From Heptranchias perlo (Eukaryota), in NCBI RefSeq assembly GCF_035084215.1, contig NC_090325.1, positions 182,528,001-182,592,000 on the forward strand: a stretch of DNA of 64,000 nucleotides, given 5' to 3'. The position numbers and the translations under genes were made by a program. The notes beneath the pieces were generated by a model, which saw only the letters and a program-made list of their open reading frames with translations, had not been told where the DNA came from and did no database searches. Positions 1 to 12,156 of the stretch are shown here, one piece after another (the stretch's first letter is position 1; the number at the start of each line of letters is the position of its first letter).

Positions 1-1029
1 CAAATATCTGTATGGCAGCTGAAACTGCAAAACATGAGCATTCATCATCATTTGAACAATCCCAAGAACTTGAAAGCTCGTTAATGAAATGTACAGTTTC
101 CCTAAAGCCACATCTATCTACTACTTTCAACAATATAGTTAGAATTCTCACAAAATACTCTGCATCTAGCTAGCTATACATGTATGATAAGTAACCCACT
201 TCAACTATGCATGAGTTAGTTAGAAAATTTATTACAACTAGCTGATCTCCCATGACATTGCTCATAAGTAGTCCGAAGTAGTTGTGTTTTTACCTGATAA
301 CCTGGCATGTCTCTTTAAGGCCACTGCTCAAGTACTCCATGTAATGAATTAGTCTAAATAGACCAATTAGAAGCTCATGATGATTTTTTTTGAAGGTTCT
401 GTAAGTTGCCAGCTGGTTGGTTTCTCTCCTTGGGAACAAGTCAGAGTGTCTCAAGGTCAGAAAAACCAGCAGGAAATGAATCAGCTTGTCTTCACTTTTT
501 ATATACTTCTTTTTTTTAAAAAAATATTGTTCAGTTGTGATTTGTTGTTGCCTAATATAAAGTGTGACTCTGGAGTGTGATGGATGGTCTCAAAACTTTT
601 ATATAGATGGACAGTTTATAGGATTAGGATCCACAATATAAACTATGTCATTCAACCAAAGCCGTAATGCTCAAGACTCTAGCCCACATCTGTGGCATTA
701 ACAGAACACATATCCCATACCCCTCCCAATTGTTTTCAGCCCAAAATAGTAATGCCAGAATGAAAGGAGCAATTCACAAGCACTCTGATTGAAATGAGTC
801 AAAAAAAGGTTAATACAGTGAAAATAACACATGGCTGTTCCACCTCTTATCCTTCCCAGTGCTGAAAACAGCATTGCTTAGCATCTAACAAACATTAATG
901 GAAAAAGAAAATGTTCGGCAAGATCTGACACTTTAGGCTAGTGATGATCTGTGAAACATAAAATCCTCTGTCTTTAAAACCCAATCCAGAGTCTTGGTCT
1001 CCTTCCTTACCTTTCTGATGAAGGGTCTA

Positions 1030-1407
<378 letters not shown>

Positions 1408-2044
1408 TTATAAATGCCGATGTGTTATTTTTTTGTGCTTTTTCAGCTACACTGTTAGGTTATTCGAACGAAATGTGCTAATGGCGAGGTTAATCATGTC
1501 ATTTTCAAACCCGTCCCATTTCCCTCGGTAACCAGAGCACAAGCACTTTGTTCGGACAAACCCCCCAGCAATTCCTGCATAAAATCAGGAGATTCATTTG
1601 ACGCACTGAAAAATTGTAGAATTGCGCACAAACAACAAGCACTGAACTGTTCAAATCTGATTCACATTTATTTTTTTTTCATTTAAAAAAAACGATTTAC
1701 ACAACCTGTGCGTCACCGTTTCAGGACACATGCAATGCAAGTGGGAAAATGCACGAAATGTCAAATGCTTTTCGTATCCTGCCCTTCAAAATAATTCAAA
1801 TGAATTTTTTTCCAATTAAAAAAAAAATCAAACGTTATAATTACATTTGTTGTGGACAGAATAAGACACCAGATCAAAAATCACACACAACAATGCCGCT
1901 TTCCCCAATATCAGGGGAGCATCTAATCTGTGTCGAGGTGGAGCGCGATTCACATCATTCGCTTCACAACAACCAGGTTTGCAAACTCCCTTCCATCTCC
2001 TGTAATTATATACTGAATAAACTGAAATGAAAGACCTGTCTTAC

Positions 2045-2260
2045 CTGATAGATTGGAGTTATTTTTTTTTTATTGTCTTCTTTGAGAAAACGTCGCCCTC
2101 CTCAGACTGAAAAATGGCGGAAAAAAAGCGAGCCCAAGGAGCGTTACATCGGATGCAGTAAAGTCATTGATCGAGTTTGGAGAATGTTTTCATTTTCAAG
2201 CCTCGTCTGTGGTGACGCAGCCGCGGTATCGGGTCTGGAAACAGCAGGAGATTTCACCTT
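2045..2260 (-). promoter_or_regulatory. Probable non-coding exon 1 and CpG-rich promoter of the NSG1-like gene
   Basis: Minus-strand donor CAG|GTAAGA at 2045/2044; local CpG enrichment 2090-2235; TGACGCA half-CRE near 2213. TSS not determinable. Confidence 0.5.
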
Positions 2261-3849
2261 AAAGGGACACCAGACCATCTTCCTGCTGCATCCAGACTGC
2301 ATCAGAATACAAAAAAAAAATAAGTGCAGTTTTTGTTTTGAAAAGCCTTGGTTTTCCCTTTAAGGATGTTTAGTTTTAACATAGACTATTAATAGACCAT
2401 CTTGCGTGTAAGTACTGAAATGTGCAATGATCATGGTATCAAAATATCATAGTAGGTACAGCACAGGAGGAGGCCATTTGGTCCATTGTGCCTGTGCCCG
2501 CTATCTGAAAGAGCTATAGTCGCATTCCCCAGCTCTTTCCCCATTCCCCTGTAAATGATTTCCCTTCAAGTATTTATCTAATTCCCTTTTGAAAGTTACC
2601 ATTGAATCTGCTTTCAGGCAGCACATTCCAGATCATTACAACTCGCTGCATCGAAAAATCTTTCCTTATGTCGCCTCGGGCTCGTTTGCTGATCATCTTA
2701 AATCTGTGTCCCCTGGTTACCGACCCTTCTGCCACTGGAAACAATTTCTCCTTATTTACTCTATCAATACCATTCATGATTTTGAACACCGCTATCATAT
2801 CTCCCCTTAACCTTCTCTGTTCTAAGGAGAACAACCCCAACTCCTCCGGTCTCTCCACATAACTGAAGTCCCTATTCCTGGTACCATTCCAGTAAATCTC
2901 TTCTGCACCCTCTCTAAGGACTTGACATCCTTCCTAAAATGTGGTGCCCAGAGTTGAACACAATACTCCAGCTGAGGCCTAACCGGTGTTTTATAAAGGT
3001 TTAGCATAAATTTGTTGCTTTTGTACTCTATGCCTCTATTAATAAAGCCCAGGATCCCATATGTTTTTTTGACAGCCTTCTCAACTTGTCCTGCGACCTT
3101 GAAAGATTTGTGCATGAGCACCCCCAGGTCTCTCTGTTCCTGCTGCATCTAGACTGCATCAGAATAGAAAAAAATAAGTGCAGCTTTTTTTTTAAAAGCT
3201 TTGGTTTTCCCTTTAAGGATATTTAGTTTTAACATAGACTATCAATGGACCATCTTGCATGTAACACCCAAGGATCGGTAACCAGAGGACACAGATTTAA
3301 GAAGATCAGCAAATGAGCCAGCGGCGACATGAGGAAACATTTTTTTATGCAGCAAGTTGTAATGATCTGAAATGCATTGCCTGGAAGGGTGCTGGAAGCA
3401 GATTCAATCGTAACTTTAGTACCATTTAGTTTATATTGCCTCTCCTCATTCTTCCTACAGAATGCATCACTTCACACTTTTCTGCGTTAATTTTCATCCG
3501 CCAATTGTCTGCCCATTTCACCAGACTGTCTATGTCCTCATGAAGTCTGTTACCATCCTCCACATTGTTTACTACATTTCCAAGTTTCAAGTCATCTGCA
3601 AACTTTGAAATTATACCCTAAACCCAAGTCTAGATCATTAATATATATTAAATAGAGCAGTGGTCTTAATACTGACCCCTGGGGAGCATCACTGTGTACT
3701 TCCCTCCTCTTTGAAAAACAATCGTTCACCACTACTCTCTGCTTCCTGCCCCTTAGCCAATTTTGTAGCCATGCTGTCCCTTTATTCCCATGGGCTTTAA
3801 TTTTGCTAACAAGTCTATTATGTGGTACTTTATCAAATGCTTTTTGAAA

Positions 3850-5411
3850 TTGTAGATGCTCTAACTATAATCTTCCAACATTCTCTTGATCCAGGAACCG
3901 TTCCTTTGGATTGAAAAATTGCACATGTCACTCCACTATTTAAGAAAGGTGAGAGAGGGAAACCAGGGAATTATAGACCAGTTAGCCTAACATCTGTTGG
4001 CGGGAAATTACTAGAGTCTATAATTAAGGATAGACTAACTGAACACTTTGAAAATTTTCAGCTGATCAGAGAGAGCCAGCATGGATTTGTAAAGGGTAGG
4101 TCATGCCTGACGAACCTGATTGAATTTTTTGAAGAGGTGACTAAAGTAGTGGACAGAGGAATGGCAATGGATGTTGTTTATATGGACATCCAGAAGGCAT
4201 TCGATAAAGTCCCTCATAAGAGACTGTCAGCTAATGTTGACGCTCATGGAATTGAGGACAAGTTATTGACCTAGTTAGGAAATTGGCTAAGCAGCAGGAG
4301 ACAGAGAGTAGGGATAATGGGCAGGTACTCAAATTGGCAGGATGTGACTAGTGGTGTCCCACAGGGATCAGTGTTGGGGCCTCAACTATTCTCTATTTAT
4401 TAGCGACTTAGATGACAGGGTAGAGAGTCACATATCCAAGTTTGCCAATGAAACAAAGATAGGAAGCATTGTAAGCAGTGTAGATGGAAGCATAAAATTA
4501 CAGAGAAATATTAATAGATTAAGTGAATGGGCAAAACTGTGGCAAATGGATTTCAATGTAGGCAAGTGTGAGGTCATCCACTTTGGACCTAAAAGGATAG
4601 GTCAGAGTATTTTCTAAATGGTGAAAAGCTCAAAACAGTGGAATTCCAAAGAGACTTAGGGGTCCATGTACATAGATCATTAAAATGTCATGGATAGGTA
4701 CAGAAAATAATCAAAAAGGCTAATGGAATGATGGCCTTTATATCTAGAGGACTAGAATACAAGGGGTAGAAGTTATGCTACGGCTATACAAAGCCCTGGT
4801 TAGACCACACCTAGAGTACTGTGTTCAGTTGTGGACATCACACCTTAGGAAGGATACATTGGCCTTGGAGGGAGTGCAGTGTAGATTTACTAGAATGATT
4901 CCTGGACTCCAAGGGTTACGAGGAGATATTACTCAAACTAGGATAGTATTCCCTGGATTTTAGAAGATCAAAGTTTTCAAGATATTAAGGGGAATTGATT
5001 GGGTAGATAGAGAGAAACTATTTCCGCTGGTTGGGGAGTCTAGGGCTACCGGACATAGCCTAAAAGTTAGAGCCAGGACTTACAGGAGTGAAGTTAGAAA
5101 ACACGTCTACAAATAAAGGGTGTTAGAAGTTTGGAACTCTCTCCAGCAAACAGCAGTTAATGCTAGCTCAATTATTAAATCTGAAATTGATAGATTTTTG
5201 TTAACCAAATGTATTAAGGGATATGGGGCTAAGGCGGGAAAGTGGAGTTGAGGCCAAAGATCAGCCTTGATCTTATTGAATGGCAGAGCAGGCACGAGGG
5301 GCTGTATAGCCTACTCCTGCTCCTATTTCTTATGTTCTTATGTTCTTATCTCATTGAATGGCAGAACAGGCTCAAGGGGCTAAATGGCCTACTCCTGTTC
5401 CTATGTTCCTA
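3850..5411 (+). mobile_element. 5'-truncated CR1 LINE with duplicated 3' tail, inserted in the host CR1
   Basis: RT fragments (NYRPVSLTS, SKFANETK, VRPHLEYCVQLW); (TTCTTATG)n tail twice (5275-5348, 5352-5411); TGAAA duplication at 3845-3849 and 5412-5416. Confidence 0.88.
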
Positions 5412-5864
5412 TGAAAGTCCATATACACAACATCAGCCACACTACCCTCATCAACCCTTTCCATTACTTCATCAAAGAACTCAATCAAGTTATTCAGCAC
5501 AATTTCCCTTTAACAAATCCGTGCTAACTTCAATTTATTAGCCCATACTTTTCCAAGTGCCAATTAATTTTGTCCTGGAATATTGTCTCTAAAAGTTGCT
5601 CCACCACCATTAGGTTGACTGGACTATAATTGCTGAGTTTATCTTTCTCTCCTTTTTTGAACAGGGGTGTAACATTTGCAATCCTCCAGACCACAGGCAT
5701 TGTCCTCATATGCAAGGAGGATTGGAAGATTGTGGTCAGGGCCTCCTCAATTTCTACCCTTACTCCCCCAAGTAACCTTGGATGCATCCCATCTGGACTG
5801 GGTGACTTTTCTACTTTGAGTACTGCCAATCTTTTACGTACCTCCTCTTTATATATTTTTATCC

Positions 5865-7657
5865 ATCAAGAGTGGCTCAGTAGCACTACTACAGACCGAG
5901 CTGGCCAAGTTGTGAAGGACATAGATGCCAAACTGGCCTACGGCAGGTGGTGAGAGAACCAACACAAGGGAAAAACCTATTTGACCTCATCCTCACCAAT
6001 CTACCTGTCGCCGATGCATCTGTCCATGACAGTATTGGTAGGAGTGACCATCGCACAGTCCTTGTGGAGACGAAGTCCCCTCGTCACGCTGAAGACATTG
6101 TCCATCGTGTTGTGTGGCACAACCACCGTGCTAAATGGGATAAATCCAGAACAGACCTAATGGCTCAAAACTGGGCATCCATGAGGCTCTGTAGGCCATC
6201 AGCAGCAACAGAATTGTATTCCACCACAATCTGTAACCTCATGGCCTGGCATATCCCTCACTCTACAATTACCATCAAGCCAGGAGATTAACCCTAGTTC
6301 AATGAGGCGTGTAGAAGAGCATGCCAGGAGCAGCACCAGTCATACCTAAAAATGAGATGCCAACCTGGTGAAGCTACAACACAGGACTACATGCATGCTA
6401 AACAGCGGAAGCAGCATGCTATATGCAGAGCTAAGTGATCCCACAACAAAGGGATCAGATCAAAGCTCTGCAGTCCTGCCACATCCAGTCGTGAATGGCA
6501 GTGGACAATTAAACAACTAACGGGTGGAAGAGGCACCGTGAATATCCCTATTCTCAATGATGGCAGACCCCAGCATGTGAGTGCAAAAGTAAAGGCTGAA
6601 GCATTGGGAATCAGGGGCAAAACTCTCCAGTGGCTGGAGTCATACCCAGCACAAAGGAAGATGGTAGTGGTTGTTGGAGACCAATCATCACAGCCCCTGG
6701 ACATCGCTGCAGGAGTTTCTCAGGGCAGTGTACTAGGCCCAACCATCTTCAGCTGTTTCATCAATGACCTTCCTTCCATCATAAGGTCAGAAGTGGGGAT
6801 GTTCACTGATGATTGCACAGTGTTCAGTTCCATTCACAACCCCTCAGATAATGAAGCAGTCTGTGCCCACATGGAGCAAGACCTGGACAACATCCAGGCT
6901 TGGGCTCATAAGTAGCAACTAACATTCATGACAGACAAGTGCCAGGCAATGACTATCTCCAACAAGAGAGAGTCTAACCACCTCCCCTTGACATTCAACG
7001 GCATTACATCCTGGGGGTCACCATTGACCAGAAACTTAACTGGACCAGCCACATAAATACTGTGGCTACAAGAGCAGGTCAGAGGCTTGGTATTCTGCAG
7101 CGAGTGACTCACCTCCTGACTCCCAAAAGCCTTTCCACCATTTACAAGGCACAAGTCAGGAGTGTGATGGAATACTCTCCACTTGCCTGGATGAGTGCAG
7201 CTCCAATAACATTCAAGAAGCTCGGCACCACCCAGGACAAAGCAGCCCGCTTGATTGGCACCCCATCCACCACCCTAAACATTCACTCCCTTCACCACCG
7301 GCGCACAGTGGCTGCAGTGTGTACCATCCACAGGATGCACTGCAACAACTCACCAAGGCTTCTTCAACAGCACCTCCCAAACCCTACCCAAGGGCAGCAG
7401 GTGCGTTGGAACATCTGCACATTCCCCTCCAAGTCACACACCATCCTGACTTGGAAATATATCGCTGTTCCTTCATTGCGCTGGGTCAAAATCTTGGAAC
7501 TCCCTACCTAACAGTACTGTGGGAGAACCTTCACCACACGGACTGCAGCAGTTCAAGAAGGCGGCTCACCACCACCTTTTCAAGGGCAGTTAGGGAGGGG
7601 CAATAAATGCTGGCCTTGCCAGCAACGCCCACATCCCATGAATGAATAATTTTTAAA
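5865..7657 (+). mobile_element. CR1/L2-group non-LTR retrotransposon (distinct family), internally deleted
   Basis: Endonuclease end (LDLILTN...IGRSDH), RT motifs GVSQGSVLGP and FTDD, 3' end with AATAAA and (TGAA)n; internal jump near 6600; ATCC at both flanks. Confidence 0.85.
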
Positions 7658-7707
7658 ATCCTATCCAATATCGCGACTACCTCCTCCTTTACTGCTGCAA
7701 TGGCAGC

Positions 7708-8407
7708 TGTAGTCAATTTGGACTCTCTGTTCAATGTCCGAGACTGACAACATAATGGTTATTAGCCATACGACTTTATTTAGCACAAGTAGGAATCAAT
7801 ATCTTACAATATTTAAGCAGTAGTTTACAAAGCACAATTGAGAATTATATTACCCCGTTGTCCTTTGAGTAGAAGCCGCGACCTCGTTCTCCTTTCCTTC
7901 ATGCGGGTTCTCTCATTCTCGTTTACCTGCCTAGTACTCTCTTTTCTGTCCTCTACACTTAACAAAGACTCAGACTGCCCAGTTATACCCCAAAAAACGG
8001 AACATCCAATCAGGTATTTTCCAAAATACTCCCTTTAATTTACCCAATCATATGGACAACATGTATTTGTCCAGAAGAGACAGTGCCTTCTGGCCCTCCC
8101 TTATCTCTCCTTATCCCTAGCACAATGTTCCTCAGTCCCTGCAGTTGATAAATTACCCTATAGGCCTCGAAGGTGGCAGGAGATGGCTAGCTTCCGCCTT
8201 CCAGTATGTCTGAAGGATTGGGGGGTTACCATTATGTTCCTCCCTTAGTTTGCAATAACAAGATCCTCATGGCTTTTGGTGCCTTAGCTGCAGTAAGTTA
8301 ATTTAAAAGCAGTCTATGTTATAGTACAGTACTTTCAGCTAAAGCTGTGACTAATTAACCCTCTCGAGCCTGCTTCCCCTAAATACCTTCACCTATATTT
8401 CCTTACA
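7708..8407 (-). mobile_element. Solo LTR (700 bp)
   Basis: TGTA...TACA termini; 4-bp TSD CAGC/CTGC (one mismatch) interrupting the CR1; minus-strand TATAA near 7985 and AATAAA near 7775. Confidence 0.7.
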
Positions 8408-8833
8408 CTGCATCCTCCTCTCCAGTGAAGACAGATGCAAAGTATACATTTAGTACCTTAGCCATGCACTCTGCCTCCACAGGAACATCTTTTTTGTCCC
8501 TAATCAGTCCCATCCTTCCTTTGACTACCCTTTTACTATTAAATGTTTATAAAAGACTTTTGGGTTCCCTTTTACGTTGGCCGCTAACCTATTCTCATAT
8601 TCTCTCTTTGCCCCTCTTATTCTCTTTTTTAGATCTCCATTGTACTTTCTGTATTCAGCCTGGTTCTCTACTGTTTTATGAACCTTACATTAATCATAAG
8701 CCTCCTTTTTCTGTTTCATTTTAATCTCTATATCTTTAGTCATCCATGATGTGGAGATGCCGGTGATGGACTGGGGTTGACAATTGTAAACAATTTTACA
8801 ACACCAAGTTATAGTCCAGCAATTTTATTTTAA

Positions 8834-8874
8834 ATTCACAAGCTTTCGGAGGCTTCCTCCTTCGTCAGGTAAAT
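8834..8874 (-). ncRNA. Minimal type I hammerhead ribozyme (PLE family A)
   Basis: Sense: atttac CTGACGA a ggagg aag cctcc GAA AGCT T gtgaat (stem I, core, stem II, palindromic stem III). Confidence 0.85.
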
Positions 8875-9104
8875 GTTCAGGAGCTCCTTGAAGCCTACGC
8901 ATTTATACATCACAGAACAATACATGGTGTTTACAGACTGCCCCTGCAACTGCCCGTTGCCAAGGCAATCACCGTGTTCAGACAGAGAGGTGTCACCTGC
9001 AGAACCCCCGAATACACATTCAACAAAAAAACAAACAGGAAAAAAAAACAGAGAGAGGCAGAAACATCCGGAAGGCAGAGAAAGCCAGCAAATGACCCAT
9101 TATA

Positions 9105-10454
9105 TTAAAAACAGATAACATTTGTTCGCTGGTGGGGTAACGTGTAGCGTGACATGAACCCAAGATCCCGGTTGAGGCCGTCCTCATGGGTGCGGAACTT
9201 GGCTATCAATTTCTGCTCGACGATTTTGCGTTGTCGTGTGTCTCGAAGGCCGCCTTGGAGTACGCTTACCCGAAGGTCGGTGGATGAATGTCCATGACTG
9301 CTGAAGTGTTCCCCGACTGGGAGGGAACCCTCCTGTTTGGCGATTGTTGCGCGGTGTCCGTTCATCCGTTGTCGCAGCGTCTGCATGGTCTCGCCAATGT
9401 ACCATGCTCTGGGGCATCCTTTCCTGCAACGTATGAGGTAGACAACGTTGGCCAAGTCACAGGAGTATGAACCATGCACCTGGTGGGTGGTGTCCTCTCG
9501 TGTGATGGTGGTATCTGTGTCGATGATCTGGCATGTCTTGCAGAGGTTACCGTGGCAGGGTTGTGTGGTGTCGTGGACGCTGTTCTCTTGAAAGCTAGGT
9601 AATTTGCTGCGAACGATGGTCTGTTTGAGGTTGGGTGGCTGTTTAAAGGCGAGTAGTGGAGGTGTGGGGATGGCCATAGCGAGGTGTTTGTCCTCATTGA
9701 TGACATGTTGAAGGCTGCGGAGAACATGGCGTAGTTTCTCCGCTCCGGGGAAGTACTGGACGACAAAGGGTACTCTGTTGGTTGCGTCCCGTGTTGGTCT
9801 CCTGAGGAGGTCTATGCGATTTTTTGCTGTGGCCCGTCGGAACTGTCGATCGATGAGTCGAGCGTCATATCCCGTTCTTACTAGGGCGTCTTTCAGCGTC
9901 TGTAGGTGTCCATCGCGTTCCTCCTCGTCTGAGCAGACCCTGTGTATTCGCAGGGCCTGTCCATAGGGGATGGCCTCTTTGACGTGGTTAGGGTGGAAGC
10001 TGGAAAAGTGGAGCATCGTGAGGTTGTCCGTGGGCTTGCGGTAGAGTGAGGTGCTGAGGTGCCCGTCTTTGATGGAGATTCGTGTGTCCAAGAAAGAAAC
10101 TGATTCTGAGGAGTAGTCCATGGTGAGCTTGATGGTGGGATGGAACTTGTTGATGTTATCGTGTAGTCTCTTTAGTGATTCCTTGCCGTGGGTCCATAGA
10201 AAGAAAATGTCGTCGATGTATCTGGTGTATAGTGTTGGTTGGAGGTCTTGTGCAGTGAAGAAGTCCTGCTCGAACTTGTGCATGAAAATGTTGGCGTATT
10301 GGGGTGCGAATTTGGTCCCCATGGCTGTTCCGTGTGTTTGGGTAAAGAACTGGTTATCGAAGGTGAAGACATTGTGATCCAGGATGAAGCGGATGAGTTG
10401 TAGGATGGCTTCCGGAGATTGGCTGTTGTTGGTGTTGAGTATTGATGCTGTCGC
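9105..10454 (-). CDS. PLE reverse transcriptase (C-terminal half) plus GIY-YIG endonuclease; 5'-truncated but open
   Basis: QTHGTAMG and YIDD RT motifs, FLD, YRKPT, CxxxxCxxC linker, VVYLIRC..C...YIGET..LRQRMNGH, GLN end. Confidence 0.93.
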   Translation of the reverse strand, partial: ATASILNTNNSQSPEAILQLIRFILDHNVFTFDNQFFTQTHGTAMGTKFAPQYANIFMHKFEQDFFTAQDLQPTLYTRYIDDIFFLWTHGKESLKRLHDNINKFHPTIKLTMDYSSESVSFLDTRISIKDGHLSTSLYRKPTDNLTMLHFSSFHPNHVKEAIPYGQALRIHRVCSDEEERDGHLQTLKDALVRTGYDARLIDRQFRRATAKNRIDLLRRPTRDATNRVPFVVQYFPGAEKLRHVLRSLQHVINEDKHLAMAIPTPPLLAFKQPPNLKQTIVRSKLPSFQENSVHDTTQPCHGNLCKTCQIIDTDTTITREDTTHQVHGSYSCDLANVVYLIRCRKGCPRAWYIGETMQTLRQRMNGHRATIAKQEGSLPVGEHFSSHGHSSTDLRVSVLQGGLRDTRQRKIVEQKLIAKFRTHEDGLNRDLGFMSRYTLPHQRTNVICF

Positions 10455-10459
10455 AAAGA

Positions 10460-11885
10460 TACTGCCTCCCAAAGATACACAAAGCCAACACACCCGGACG
10501 TCCCATCGTATCAGGCAACGGAACCCTGTGTGAGAACCTCTCTGGATACATCGAGGGCATCCTGAAACCCATCGTACAGGGAACCCCCAGCTTCTGTCGC
10601 GACACTACAGACTTCCTACAAAAACTCAGTACCCACGGACCAGTTGAACCAGGAACACTTCTCACCACGATGGACGTCTCGGCACTATACACCAGTATCC
10701 CCCACGATGACGGCATCGCTGCGACAGCATCAATACTCAACACCAACAACAGCCAATCTCCGGAAGCCATCCTACAACTGCATTTTCTTTCTATGGACCC
10801 ACGGCAAGGAATCACTAAAGAGACTACACGATAACATCAACAAGTTGCATCCCACCATCAAGCTCACCATGGACTACTCCTCAGAATCAGTTTCTTTCTT
10901 GGACACACGAATCTCCATCAAAGACGGGCACCTCAGCACCTCACTCTACCGCAAGCCCACGGACAACCTCACGATGCTCCACTTTTCCAGCTTCCACCCT
11001 AACCACGTCAAAGAGGCCATCCCCTATGGACAGGCCCTGCGAATACACAGGGTCTGCTCAGACGAGGAGGAACGCGATGGACACCTACAGACGCTGAAAG
11101 ACGCCCTAGTAAGAACGGGATATGACGCTCGACTCATCGATCGACAGTTCCGACGGGCCACAGCAAAAAATCGCATAGACCTCCTCAGGAGACCAACACG
11201 GGACGCAACCAACAGAGTACCCTTTGTCGTCCAGTACTTCCCCGGAGCGGAGAAACTACGCCATGTTCTCCGCAGCCTTCAACATGTCATCAATGAGGAC
11301 AAACACCTCGCTATGGCCATCCCCACACCTCCACTACTCGCCTTTAAACAGCCACCCAACCTCAAACAGACCATCGTTCGCAGCAAATTACCTAGCTTTC
11401 AAGAGAACAGCGTCCACGACACCACACAACCCTGCCACGGTAACCTCTGCAAGACATGCCAGATCATCGACACAGATACCACCATCACACGAGAGGACAC
11501 CACCCACCAGGTGCATGGTTCATACTCCTGTGACTCGGCCAACGTTGTCTACCTCATACGTTGCAGGAAAGGATGCCCCAGAGCATGGTACATTGGCGAG
11601 ACCATGCAGACGCTGCGACAACGGATGAACGGACACCGCGCAACAATCGCCAAACAGGAGGGTTCCCTCCCAGTCGGGGAACACTTCAGCAGTCATGGAC
11701 ATTCATCCACCGACCTTCGGGTAAGCGTACTCCAAGGCGGCCTTCGAGACACATGACAACGCAAAATCGTCGAGCAGAAAGTGATAGCCAAGTTCCGCAC
11801 CCATGAGGACGGCCTCAACTGGGATCTTGGGTTCATGTCACGCTACACGTTACCCCACCAGCGAACAAATGTTATCTGTTTTTAA
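10460..11885 (+). pseudogene. PLE RT/GIY-YIG, right arm, disrupted
   Basis: Adds upstream motifs YCLPKIHK..PGRPIVS and MDVSALYTSIP. Lacks 186 bp (equivalent to 10210-10395, including GTAMG and YIDD) at ~10780. CGA>TGA stop at 11754. Confidence 0.9.
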
Positions 11886-12115
11886 TATAATGGGTCATTT
11901 GCTGGCTTTCTCTGCCTTCCGGATGTTTCTGCCTCTCTCTGTTTTTTTTTCCTGTTTGTTTTTTTGTTGAATGTGTATTCGGGGGTTCTGCAGGTGACAC
12001 CTCTCTGTCTGAACACGGTGATTGCCTTGGCAACGGGCAGTTGCAGGGGCAGTCTGTAAACACCATGTATTGTTCTGTGATGTATAAATGCGTAGGCTTC
12101 AAGGAGCTCCTGAAC

Positions 12116-12156
12116 AATTACCTGACGAAGGAGGAAGCCTCCGAAAGCTTGTGAAT
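12116..12156 (+). ncRNA. Minimal type I hammerhead ribozyme (PLE family A, right arm)
   Basis: aattac CTGACGA a ggagg aag cctcc GAAAGCTT gtgaat; one stem I mismatch relative to the left arm. Confidence 0.82.
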
